Positions 26,821 through 36,202 of a stretch of DNA of 64,000 nucleotides are shown piece by piece. The notes below the pieces were generated by a model. It saw nothing but the letters and a program-made list of their open reading frames with translations, did not search any database and was not told the origin of the DNA. Source of the stretch: Acidobacteriota bacterium (GTDB lineage Bacteria; Acidobacteriota; UBA6911; RPQK01; JAJDTT01); NCBI GenBank assembly GCA_965209055.1, contig OZ242374.1, positions 4,160,001-4,224,000 on the forward strand, read 5' to 3'. Made by a program: the position numbers and the translations under genes. Position 1 is the first letter of the stretch, and every line of letters starts with the position of its first letter.

Positions 26821-28428
26821 CTACGGGGCCGTTGCACCGCCGGCCGAACCGCCGGTGGCGTCCGCCACCAGAAACTCAAACGAATAGAGGCTGGCCTCTT
26901 CAAGGTGAAAACGCAGCCGGATCGGCTTTCCGGCCAGGGAGCTGACGGCGGAGCGTCCATTCCAGCTCACCCTCTGGCGGAGAGCGTCTTGCCGAAGGGG
27001 GTCACAGTCCTCCCGGGTGAAACCGGGAACGGGGTTCCCCCCATGGTCCAGGACTTCCACCAGGAGACGGCCGTTCCCGGCATCGGCGTTGACCACCAGT
27101 TCATCTCCGGTGAAGGTAAAGCTCCTGGTGGTCAGGCTTCCGCCCGGCTTGCCCGCTTGGACCGATACGAACCCGTCCAACCGCAGAGTCGCCAATCCGA
27201 TGCCGTTGGGGAATCCGTCGACCCCCGGAGGAAGGGTTTCATTGTGATCGTAACCGGCACCGTGGTAGTAGATCCGGACTTCGTCGTCGTGAACGAAGGG
27301 ACCCTGCAAGGCGTAGATCGCGCCCCAATCGAAATCGCCGGGCCGGTTTGAGAGCGGCAGGAACACGTCCCGATTTCCGGCGCGGTCCCAGGTTCGTCCG
27401 TCCCGGCTGGAGGTCAACTGCACCGCGCCCCGGCAGTAGTCGGGGTCGTAGCTGAAGACCGTGACGAGGCCGATACGGAGGCCCTCATAGGTCATGACCT
27501 CCATGTTGTAGAACTGGTCCCGATTGAGAGGATCTTCCGCGTCCGGCCCTACGATGACCCGATAGTCGTTCCAATGAACGAAATCGCGGCTCGTGATCTG
27601 GCCCACCCGGCGGATGCTGTGGTTCTCGGGAGCACGGTTCCTCCGCGGGTCCCAGTGCCGCCGCCAACCGGCCCGAGCCTCCGGGTCGCTCACCAGGCGC
27701 GGCCGGACCTGGGAGATCCTGCCGGTGCGGTCCCGGATGATCCCGACGTAGAGGCCGAGGGCTTCGTCCCAGTAGGCGATCATCTGGCTGTCGTGGCCGG
27801 GAGGTTCGAAAAAAACGGCCTTGCCGTCGTTGTACGGAATCCAGTCCAGGCCGTCCGCCGAATGGGACGCGTAGATCTTGTAGTCTTCCCGCATGTGCAG
27901 CATCTTGAAGCGCCGGGACGGGTCCGCCTCCTGGTGGTCCAGGAAGACCCCGCTGGCCAAGCCGCCGTGAGGCACGACGATGTTGTTTTCCGTCGTTCCC
28001 CGGTACTTGAATTTTCCCAGCCTCGGCTTGTCCCACCGGATGCCGTCGGCGCTCCTGGCGAAGCAGAGGACCGCGTGCTCGTCCCCTCCGCTGCCGGCGT
28101 GCAGGCTGTACCAGAGTTTGAAGAGTCCATCGTCCGGATCGAAAAGGACGCTGGAAAAGGCGACCGGCATGCCCGCCTCCCAAGCCGCCTCGCCTTTCGG
28201 CACTCTCGCCAGGACCGGGTTGCCCGCATACTTTCCTGGCTGGTTCAACCTCAGCTCGACGCCCGTTGATTCGTTGATGAGGAAGTCGTCGACGAAGAGC
28301 TGCCGGTGGCCTCCCAGCGGGATCGGTTTCTCCCGGGACTGTTCCGGGGGACCCATTCCGCCTGTCCCCAGGACCAACACCGCGGTCATGTGCATCGTTA
28401 CCAGGAAAACCGGCCATGATTTTGTCAT
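26821..28428 (-). CDS. Secreted GH-like beta-propeller protein (paralogue)
   Basis: RQLFVDDFLI, CFARSADGIRWDKP.LG, SRDGRTW, LRLDGFVS, SLYSFEF. Confidence 0.75.
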   Translation of the reverse strand: MTKSWPVFLVTMHMTAVLVLGTGGMGPPEQSREKPIPLGGHRQLFVDDFLINESTGVELRLNQPGKYAGNPVLARVPKGEAAWEAGMPVAFSSVLFDPDDGLFKLWYSLHAGSGGDEHAVLCFARSADGIRWDKPRLGKFKYRGTTENNIVVPHGGLASGVFLDHQEADPSRRFKMLHMREDYKIYASHSADGLDWIPYNDGKAVFFEPPGHDSQMIAYWDEALGLYVGIIRDRTGRISQVRPRLVSDPEARAGWRRHWDPRRNRAPENHSIRRVGQITSRDFVHWNDYRVIVGPDAEDPLNRDQFYNMEVMTYEGLRIGLVTVFSYDPDYCRGAVQLTSSRDGRTWDRAGNRDVFLPLSNRPGDFDWGAIYALQGPFVHDDEVRIYYHGAGYDHNETLPPGVDGFPNGIGLATLRLDGFVSVQAGKPGGSLTTRSFTFTGDELVVNADAGNGRLLVEVLDHGGNPVPGFTREDCDPLRQDALRQRVSWNGRSAVSSLAGKPIRLRFHLEEASLYSFEFLVADATGGSAGGATAP

Positions 28429-28472
28429 CGAAAGGTCCTCGGGACGGCACAACCACCGCTGGTGAGAACGGT

Positions 28473-29156
28473 TCAGCCGCCGGATCGTTTCCGGCCGACC
28501 AGCACTGAAATCGGAATCTGACTCCAGATGCATCCGGCGTCGAATCCGGCGCGGGTCATGGCCTCCAGTTCGCATTCCAACGGGAAATACATATCTTCAT
28601 CCGACCATTCGTCAAAGTGCCGATAGGCGCGCTCTTCAGGGATTCCGCGCGACACCATGTGCGCCGCCCAGACCGCGTAATCCGCGGCCCTGCGGGAGGC
28701 ATCGTCCGGCATGGTCGCGTCGCCGTTGACGAACACGCCACCCGGGGCCAAAGCCTCATGGATCCGTCCAAAGAGCCGGGTCTTGGCCTCCAGGTCGGGC
28801 ACATGATGCAACGCCAACGAGGCGACAACGGCGTCGCAACGGGGAAGGGTGTCGTAAAACGACTGCCGTCTCAGTCGTACCCGTTCTCCGAAGCGTTGCA
28901 GCCGCATCCGGGCGCGAGCCAACATTTCGTCGTCGACGTCGATCAACTCCACGACGCTGTCACCGCACTTCTCCAAGATTGCCTCGGAGAGGGCCCCGGT
29001 CCCGGCGCCCAGATCGAGCACCCGCTTGGGGTGGCTGAGGTCGACTGCTTGAGCAACCTCCTCCAGCATTCGATCGTAGCAGGGAATGAACTGCCGGATG
29101 ATCTCGTCGTACTCGTCGATTTCAAGATGCAGGTGCCGGCGAACGGAGTGGCTCAT
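28473..29156 (-). CDS. Class I SAM-dependent methyltransferase
   Basis: VLDLGAGTG, DAVVASLALHH, LAPGGVFVNGD. Confidence 0.88.
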   Translation of the reverse strand: MSHSVRRHLHLEIDEYDEIIRQFIPCYDRMLEEVAQAVDLSHPKRVLDLGAGTGALSEAILEKCGDSVVELIDVDDEMLARARMRLQRFGERVRLRRQSFYDTLPRCDAVVASLALHHVPDLEAKTRLFGRIHEALAPGGVFVNGDATMPDDASRRAADYAVWAAHMVSRGIPEERAYRHFDEWSDEDMYFPLECELEAMTRAGFDAGCIWSQIPISVLVGRKRSGG

Positions 29157-29251
29157 GGGACCAAAAAACCATCGACAGGCGGAGCGAACGAATGCGGAGT
29201 CCGTATCACAACGTTCCTTCCGATCCCGCGACGACTCTCATTGCGTAACAC

Positions 29252-29590
29252 TCAGTCTTCGCCCCGGAGTTCGTGGAGAGTGAAGCCGCGTCCCGCCAGT
29301 CTGGCTCCAAGCCATCGCTTGAGGGATGCCTGACTCTCTCCCGACCGGCGGCCGGCGAGCAAACCCTCCACACTGATGTCCTCGTCAAGGTCCGTCCAAT
29401 GAATGTGCTGGCTCCCGGCGTGAAGCTCCCAGTTATTTCGTTCGTCTTCAGTCGCGTGGACAAGCCTTGGATACCAAGCGAGCGGAACCGAGATTATCCG
29501 TCCATCAGCCAATTCGGCCGTCAGCAAAGTGTTTGTTACCGTGATACTTGTGGCTCCCGGCACGTCCAATTCAACTGTCGAAGTAGTCAT
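29252..29590 (-). CDS. DUF2442 domain protein
   Basis: LADGRIISVPLAWYPRLVHAT..ER.NW...IHWTDLDEDISVEGLLAG..SGES..SL.RWL. Confidence 0.85.
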   Translation of the reverse strand: MTTSTVELDVPGATSITVTNTLLTAELADGRIISVPLAWYPRLVHATEDERNNWELHAGSQHIHWTDLDEDISVEGLLAGRRSGESQASLKRWLGARLAGRGFTLHELRGED

Positions 29591-29734
29591 GCCAAGCCTT
29601 TCTGAATGCTCCGGGCATGGTACCACCTTCCAATCGGATAGCCCGGAACCAATCGACACCGGTAACTGCCACCTCGTAAGCGGGCTTCGGATTTCGGCTA
29701 TAATGGCGGCTTTCACGGCAAAGGCAGGCTCGAC

Positions 29735-32539
29735 TTGAAGCTCCATTCAGCACCAAAATCCGCACGGGGGATCCCCTCGGCTCGCCGACATCCGGGTTGG
29801 CCCCCCGCTGTTCTCCTGCTGGGTCTTCTTGCCTCACTCCCCGTTCTGGGGGAAGTCGAGCTGGACAAAGCCGAACTGGAACAGACCGAGGAACTCTCCG
29901 AGTCCCTGGCCAACTCTCTCCTGGAATTCTCGGTGACGGTCCGGGAACGGGACCTGAAGCGGATCGGCGAGTTCTTCGAGTCCCCGTCCCGGGTGACGCC
30001 GTGGCCGGCTCTTTCCGGTGTCCCGGCTTCGGAGTTCAAATGGATCTCGACTGCCGCGCCCCGCGTCACGCGCAAGCGTCCGAAGAAGGTGCCCCGGACC
30101 GGACTGGTGAAGAGCTGGGAGAAGTTCCTGGAGTCCTTCTCATCCGTCGAGGATGCCCGTTTTCAGGTCAAGGGGGCCCGCTTCAGGCAACGGAGGGCGA
30201 AAGTCGAGGGCAAGGGGGATCTCAAGTTCTTCCTGATCGGGCGTGACGGAAAGAGCCATCGATTCTGGGTGAAGGGAACGGGCCGGCTGGTCGCGGTCCA
30301 AACCGGGGAGGAGAAGTGGCAAATCTCCGAATTCCAACTGGACGAGGTCAAGACCATGCGCGCGTCCGCGGACCTCTTCTCCGAGGTCTGTATCCCGGCG
30401 GGAGTTTCCAATTCGCTGCCACGGTACGGCGAACCGGGAAACGATGATTTCGTCTATCACGGCGCCGCTACGGGAGACCTGAACCAGGACGGGCTGCAGG
30501 ACCTGGTGGTCACGGGCATCAACCGGAACTACCTCTACCTGAACCAGGGCGGCCGGTTTCAGGACGTGGCCGACAAAGCGGGGATCTCGATCACCCCGCC
30601 GGGCACGGCGCCGCTGCTCCTCGACTACGACAACGACGGCGACCTGGACGTCTTCATGGCCTCGGTGGGAGAGCAGATGCTGTTCGAGAACCGCCTTGTG
30701 CCGTCCGGGAGACTGCTCTTCTTCGACATCTCGCAAGAGGTCGGCATCGCGGTGAACGCCATCGGTTTCAGCGCCACCGCCGGTGATGTGAACAAGGACG
30801 GCTGGACCGACGTCTACGTTGCCTCCTACAACCGCTACGGCCGGGTCATGCCCGACTCCTGGCACCGCGCCTCCAACGGGACTCCGAACCTGCTCTTCCT
30901 GAATCAAGGGAATGGAAGCTTCCGGGAAGCGGGGGCCGCGTGGGGTGTCCGCGACCAGCGCTGGAGCTATGCCGCCCAGTTCGCCGACATCAACGGAGAC
31001 GGACGGCTGGATCTCTACGTGGCCAACGACTTCGGCGAGAACGGCTACTACGTGAACCTGGGAGACCGCTTCGAGGACCGGGCCACGAGCATGGGGCTGC
31101 TGGACCCCGGCAATGGAATGGGTGTTTCCTTCGGCGACTTCAACAACGACGGGCGGATCGACCTCTACGTCACCAACATGTCCTCGACGGCCGGGAACCG
31201 GATCCTGGACCGGCTGTTCCCGCAGGGCCGGGGAGACCGGAGCGGACTCAAGAAGCTGGCCGCCGGCAACACGTTGTTCGAAGGAGTGGACGGGGGCGGC
31301 TTTCGGGACGTGAGCGGCAAATTCGGACCCTTCGTTGCCGGATGGGCCTGGGGCGGGGTCTTCGTGGACTTCGACAACGACGGATGGGAGGACCTCTACT
31401 CTCCCAACGGGTTCATCAGCGGCAAGTCCATGAAGGACACATGAAGCTTCTTCTGGCGCCACGTCGTGGCGTCCACGGTCGGCGACGAGAAGGCCGGCAA
31501 CCAGGATTACCAGACGAACCACATGGCTCTGCTCTTCGAGCAGGGGCTGTCCTTCAGCGGATTCGAACGGGACGCCCTGTTCCTGAACCGTGAGGGCACC
31601 CGGTTTCAGGACATTTCAGGCGTCTCGGGCATCGACTCCATCTCCGACGGACGCTCGGCCGTTCCCGTCGACCTGGACAACGACGGCGACCTGGACATCT
31701 TTCTCACCACCATCCAGGGCGAAGGTCATCTCCTGTTCCGCAACAACGTGGGCCAGGACAAGGGCTTCATTCGCGTCGAGCTGGAGGGGACGAAGAGCGG
31801 CAAGGACGCATTCGGCGCCCAGGTCCGGGTGAAGACTCCCCTGGGGGTCCAGACCCGGATCCTCTCGGGGGGAAGCGGTTTCATGGCTCAACCCGACCGG
31901 CGGCTCCTGTTCGGACTGGGGGAGACCAAGGAGGCGGAATGGTTGGAGGTGACCTGGCCCTCCGGTGTTCGCCAGCGGGTCGGTCCCATTCCCGCCGGCA
32001 CCTCCTTGAAGCTGGTGGAGGAGGAACCGGACTACCAGGCCCTGTCCCTGCCGTCGGCCGCTTTGCCGGATCCCCTGGAGGAGGAACAGGTCCTCTGGAG
32101 CAAGCTGGAGATCAAACGGGGCCTGCCCATGCCCGAGCTGGCGCTGAAGACGCTTCCGGAGGGAGAGGAGGTCTCGCTTCCGCTGGAGAAGGGAACGTCG
32201 TACCTGCTGAATCTCTGGGCCACCTGGTGCGGGCCGTGCCGGCGGGAGATGCCTGAGTTGGAAGCGGCCAAGGCCAAGCTGGAAGAGAACGGCATCCAGG
32301 TGATCGGTCTCAGTCTCGACCAGGGGGTTCCCCTCTCAGACGTGGAATCATATGCCCGAGACTTGGGCGTGTCCTATCCGGTCTACCTGCTGGAACAGGA
32401 GGATCTGAAGAAGATCTTCGCGGGAGACGAGATGTTCGTCCCGTTCTCGATCCTGGTGGACGAGGAAGGCCGGGTCGCCGACAGCACCGCCGGTTGGGGA
32501 GAAGAGGCCAAACGCAAGCTGGATCGCCTTTGCCGGTAG
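29735..32539 (+). CDS. FG-GAP (CRTAC1-like) + ASPIC/UnbV + TlpA-like thioredoxin fusion with in-frame UGA at 31442-31444 (candidate selenoprotein, 934 aa)
   Basis: ORFs 29735-31444 and 31466-32539 are in the same frame, separated only by TGA (GKSMKDT*SFFWRHVVAST). FG-GAP repeats continue on both sides; UnbV-like GGSGFMAQ...LLFGLG...LEVTWPSG; C-terminal NLWATWCGPCRREMP; SECIS-like hairpin after the UGA. Confidence 0.75.
31454..31475 (+). promoter_or_regulatory. Putative bacterial SECIS element
   Basis: tggcgccac-GTC-gtggcg(t)cca: 9-bp stem with one bulged U; apical loop begins with GU, with 18 nt between the UGA and the loop. Confidence 0.6.
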
Positions 32540-32592
32540 GAAGGGGACTGTCAGGCCGTCGTGGCCCTTTCGGTAGAGCTACTGGATACCGT

Positions 32593-32790
32593 TTATAGGC
32601 GAACTCCAAGTCGTTCCAGCGCCTGTTTTTGCAACGGCGTCGGCCGGGTCACGATGGTGAAGTGACGGGCTCCGGGGATCTTCAGAACCACCCGATACCG
32701 AACGATGGTCGCCAGATCCTCCAGCAGCGTTCGGAAGCTGTGCCCGGGCTGGCCGTCGGCCATGCGTTTGGACTAGGCTTTCTGTCAGGA
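32593..32790 (-). pseudogene. C-terminal remnant of a second IS1634-family transposase
   Basis: KA*SKRMADGQPGHSFRTLLEDLATIVRYRV...FTIVTRPTPLQKQALERLGVRL aligns with KAARKRTTDGLPVQSLRTLLANLGTLTLNQV...FAMFAKPTPVQAKAFDLLGV of the intact element. Confidence 0.8.
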
Positions 32791-32863
32791 GGCCGGACTT
32801 GGCGATGACGACACCGGCCTGTCGTTGGCACGTGTGCGCGTACTGAACGAGGAGTCATGAGCC

Positions 32864-34600
32864 ATGCCGAACGCCCTTCTCCTCTACCCGAAGCACCCAC
32901 CCACCTACTGGGGCAACGATTACGCCTTGGACATCATGGGAATCAAATCGACACATCCGCCACTCGGCCTGCTCACCGTCGCCGCGATGTTCCCATCCCG
33001 GTACAACTTGCGCCTGGTCGACCTCAATGTGACTTCGCTCGAAGACACCGACTTGAAGTGGGCGGATCTCGTGTTCACATCGAGCATGATTCCGCAACGC
33101 CCCTCCCTCGAGCAGGTCGTTGAGCGCTGCAACCGCGCGCAGGTTCCCGTCGTTGCCGGCGGGCCGCATCCCACCACGTTTCATGAGGAAATGGAAGGCA
33201 TAGATCATTTCGTACTCGATGAGGTGGAGGAGATCTTTCCTGGATTCCTTCGCGACCTGGAAACCGGCACGGCCAAACCGGTCTACCGAGCCCCGAGGAA
33301 ACCGGATGTGACCCTGTCCCCGGTTCCCCGTTTCGACCTCATCAATATGAACGAGTATTACTCGATGTCCCTGCAGTTCTCCCGGGGATGTCCCTTCGAT
33401 TGCGAGTTTTGCGACATTACGAAGCTGTACGGCCGTGTGTCCCGAACGAAATCACCGGAACAGATGGTGGCCGAGTTCGACCAATTGTACGAGTTGGGCT
33501 GGCGGGGTCCGCTTTTTCTGGTCGATGACAACTTCATTGGCAACAAACGGGAAGTTTCAAGGCTTCTCCCTGTGATCGCCGAATGGCAAAAGGAGCATCG
33601 CTATCCCTATACACTGACCACCGAAGCGACCGTCAATCTCGTTCGGATGAACGACTTGATGGATGTCATGATCGAGGCTGGCTTCGAATCCGTCTTCATC
33701 GGCATCGAAACGCCCAACCCGGCGGCTCTCAAGAAGATGAAGAAGCCTCAGAACATCGACATGCGCGACGACAACTACTTGCTCACGGCTGTGCGCAAGA
33801 TTCAACAGAAGGGGATGCATGTTCTGGGCGGCTTCATCCTCGGCCTGGACGAAGACGATGAGAACGCGTTTGACGCCCAGATCGAATTCATTCAGGCAGC
33901 CGGGATTCCGATCTCACTGATCGGGTTGCTGACCGCACTCAAGGGAACCAACCTGTGGGACCGGCTGGAGCGCGAGAATCGGCTGTTGAACAAACCTGTC
34001 GAGATCGACGACACTGCCCTGAACTTCAAGCCGCAGATGGATCCCGGGGTATTGGTGGAAGGGTATCTCCGGGTCATCAGGACCATCTACGATGCAACGT
34101 TGGAGAACTATTTCGACCGCTGCCTGACCCTGCTCGACAACCTCAACCCCGTACCACACGTCTACAAGCCGGTAAGCAACCACATACTCTTGGCGGGAAT
34201 CATGCGGATCCGACGGCGCCTGACGCCGGAGCAGTTGCCGCCGTTTTCGCGCTATATCGCCCAAGTCTCCAGGAATCATCCTCGATTCCTGCTGCTCGCA
34301 ATCCGTCTGGCCGGCATGGGTCATCACTGCGAAAAATTCACGCGCCAGCAGACCGTTCTCCGTGGCTTCAAGGAGTACTTGAAATCAGAGTTGGCATCAT
34401 TCAATGAAGCCGGATGGGAGTCTGAATCGGCGCCGGGAATGCAGGACGAGTTCAGACAGGAGATGCTGAAACACGCAAATGCGCGCCAGAAGGCCATCCC
34501 CGATGAATTCCGTTTTTACGGGGACGGCATCTCCGAGGCTCTGACGGCTTTCCAGCATGCGTTGAGTCCGGAGGCTCCGTTGGCCTTGCCGGTCAAGTAG
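32864..34600 (+). CDS. B12-binding-domain radical SAM protein (class B methyltransferase-like, DUF4070-type C-terminus)
   Basis: PPLGLLTVAA, VAGGPHPT, SRGCPFDCEFCDI (CxxxCxxC), FLVDDNFIGN, VFIGIETP. Confidence 0.88.
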   Translation: MPNALLLYPKHPPTYWGNDYALDIMGIKSTHPPLGLLTVAAMFPSRYNLRLVDLNVTSLEDTDLKWADLVFTSSMIPQRPSLEQVVERCNRAQVPVVAGGPHPTTFHEEMEGIDHFVLDEVEEIFPGFLRDLETGTAKPVYRAPRKPDVTLSPVPRFDLINMNEYYSMSLQFSRGCPFDCEFCDITKLYGRVSRTKSPEQMVAEFDQLYELGWRGPLFLVDDNFIGNKREVSRLLPVIAEWQKEHRYPYTLTTEATVNLVRMNDLMDVMIEAGFESVFIGIETPNPAALKKMKKPQNIDMRDDNYLLTAVRKIQQKGMHVLGGFILGLDEDDENAFDAQIEFIQAAGIPISLIGLLTALKGTNLWDRLERENRLLNKPVEIDDTALNFKPQMDPGVLVEGYLRVIRTIYDATLENYFDRCLTLLDNLNPVPHVYKPVSNHILLAGIMRIRRRLTPEQLPPFSRYIAQVSRNHPRFLLLAIRLAGMGHHCEKFTRQQTVLRGFKEYLKSELASFNEAGWESESAPGMQDEFRQEMLKHANARQKAIPDEFRFYGDGISEALTAFQHALSPEAPLALPVK

Positions 34601-34680
34601 AAATACTCTTCAGTTGACTGAGGGACAGTCGGGACTGTTGGTCCGCCAGTCTTCGTCGGCAAGTTTGTCACAACGGAGTG

Positions 34681-34730
34681 CGGCGGTAGGAAAACCGCCG
34701 CTCCACCGGCGACAAGACTGTCGCCGCTCC
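34681..34730. repeat. Two REP-like hairpins with GCTCC tail
   Basis: cggcggtaggaaaaccgccgctcc and ggcgacaagactgtcgccgctcc; the latter is nearly identical to 19630-19652. Confidence 0.55.
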
Positions 34731-34731
34731 C

Positions 34732-36183
34732 CTATGCGAGCAGCTTGTCCACCACGTGGCCGCCCACGTCCGTGAGGCGGAATTGGCGTCCCTGGAACTT
34801 GTAGACCAGCCGGGTATGGTCCAGACCCAGCAGATGGAGAATGGTTGCGTGCATATCGTGCATGTGGATGGGATCTTCCACGATATCGAATCCCAACTCG
34901 TCGGTCTTGCCCACGGTGGTTCCCGGCTTGGTGCCGCCGCCGGCCATCCACATGGTGAATGCGTACGGATGATGGTCTCGTCCCGGATACTTTCCGGGAT
35001 GCTCGTTCATGGGAGTCCGGCCGAATTCGCCGCCCCAGACCACCAGTGTGTCCTCCAGCAGGCCCCGGTCTTTCAGGTCCTTCACCAGGGCGGCTGAGGC
35101 CTGGTCGATCTCCAGGCAGCGGGTCTGCAACCCCTCCTTGTGGATGATGGACCCCGAGGCGATCAGTCCGTGGTGGTCCCATCCGTGGTGATAGAGCTGG
35201 ACGAAGCGGACGCCCCGCTCCACCAGGCGCCGGGCCAGGAGGCAGTTGTTGGCGAAGGATTCCTTTCCCGGCTCGGTCCCGTACATGCGGTGGATGTGCT
35301 CCGGTTCGCCGTTGATGTCCATCAGTTCGGGGACACTGGTCTGCATCCGGTAGGCCAATTCGTAGGAGGCGATGCGGGTCAGGATCTCCGGATCCCCCAC
35401 GGCCTCGTATTGCCGTTGATTGAGCTTCTTCAGAGTGTCAAGCGATTGGCGGCGAGCCTTGCGGGTCATCCATTCGGGATCGGACAAGAAAAGTACCGGA
35501 TCGCCCTGGGACCGGAACTGGACTCCCTGGTAGACGGTGGGAAGGAATGCAGGACCCCAGCACGAATTGCCGGCGAAGACCTCCACCGGACCCGATTGCA
35601 GGACCACGAAGCCCGGGAGGTCGCGGTTCTCGCTGCCCAGCCCGTAGGTCAGCCACGAACCCATGCTGGGCCGGCCGATGAGATGGTGCCCCGTGTTCAT
35701 GAACAATTGTGCCGGAGCGTGGTTGAACTGCTCCGCGTGGACCGACTTGACGATGGTCAGGTCGTCCACGACCTCGGCGAGGTGGGGCAGCAACTCCGAG
35801 ACCTCGCCCCCCGACTCACCGTATTGACCGAAAGAGTAGGGAGAAGCCAAGGCCTGAGGCGTCCCTCGCAAGAAGGCGAACCGTTTGCCGTCCAGCGTTC
35901 CCTCCGCGACGTTCTGGCCGTCCATTTCCGTGAGCCGCGGCTTGTTGTCGAACATGTCGAGCTGAGAAGGACCGCCCGACATGAAAAGGAAGATAACGTT
36001 CTTGGCCTTGGGTTCGAAGTGCCCCGCTTTCGGCGCCATGGGATGGCGGGCATCCGGGGCGGGCGCCGACAATAGCCGGTCGTCCAACATTCCGGCCAGG
36101 GCGATGGAACCGATGCTCATCCCTCCCCGGAAGAAAAAGTGACGGCGGGTGACGGCTTTCAAAAACTCCTGTCGGCTGTTCAT
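34732..36183 (-). CDS. DUF1501 domain protein
   Basis: TRRHFF Tat motif, [43 protein letters not shown]. Confidence 0.88.
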   Translation of the reverse strand: MNSRQEFLKAVTRRHFFFRGGMSIGSIALAGMLDDRLLSAPAPDARHPMAPKAGHFEPKAKNVIFLFMSGGPSQLDMFDNKPRLTEMDGQNVAEGTLDGKRFAFLRGTPQALASPYSFGQYGESGGEVSELLPHLAEVVDDLTIVKSVHAEQFNHAPAQLFMNTGHHLIGRPSMGSWLTYGLGSENRDLPGFVVLQSGPVEVFAGNSCWGPAFLPTVYQGVQFRSQGDPVLFLSDPEWMTRKARRQSLDTLKKLNQRQYEAVGDPEILTRIASYELAYRMQTSVPELMDINGEPEHIHRMYGTEPGKESFANNCLLARRLVERGVRFVQLYHHGWDHHGLIASGSIIHKEGLQTRCLEIDQASAALVKDLKDRGLLEDTLVVWGGEFGRTPMNEHPGKYPGRDHHPYAFTMWMAGGGTKPGTTVGKTDELGFDIVEDPIHMHDMHATILHLLGLDHTRLVYKFQGRQFRLTDVGGHVVDKLLA

Positions 36184-36202
36184 GGGTGCCTTTTCCTGGG
36201 AC

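Noticed and set aside
31441-31593. ATGA overlap at the UGA suggesting translational coupling to a new gene
   Set aside because: The ATG at 31441 is in a different frame from the UnbV/thioredoxin coding region and gives a short non-homologous peptide ending at 31593, so it does not explain the downstream half.
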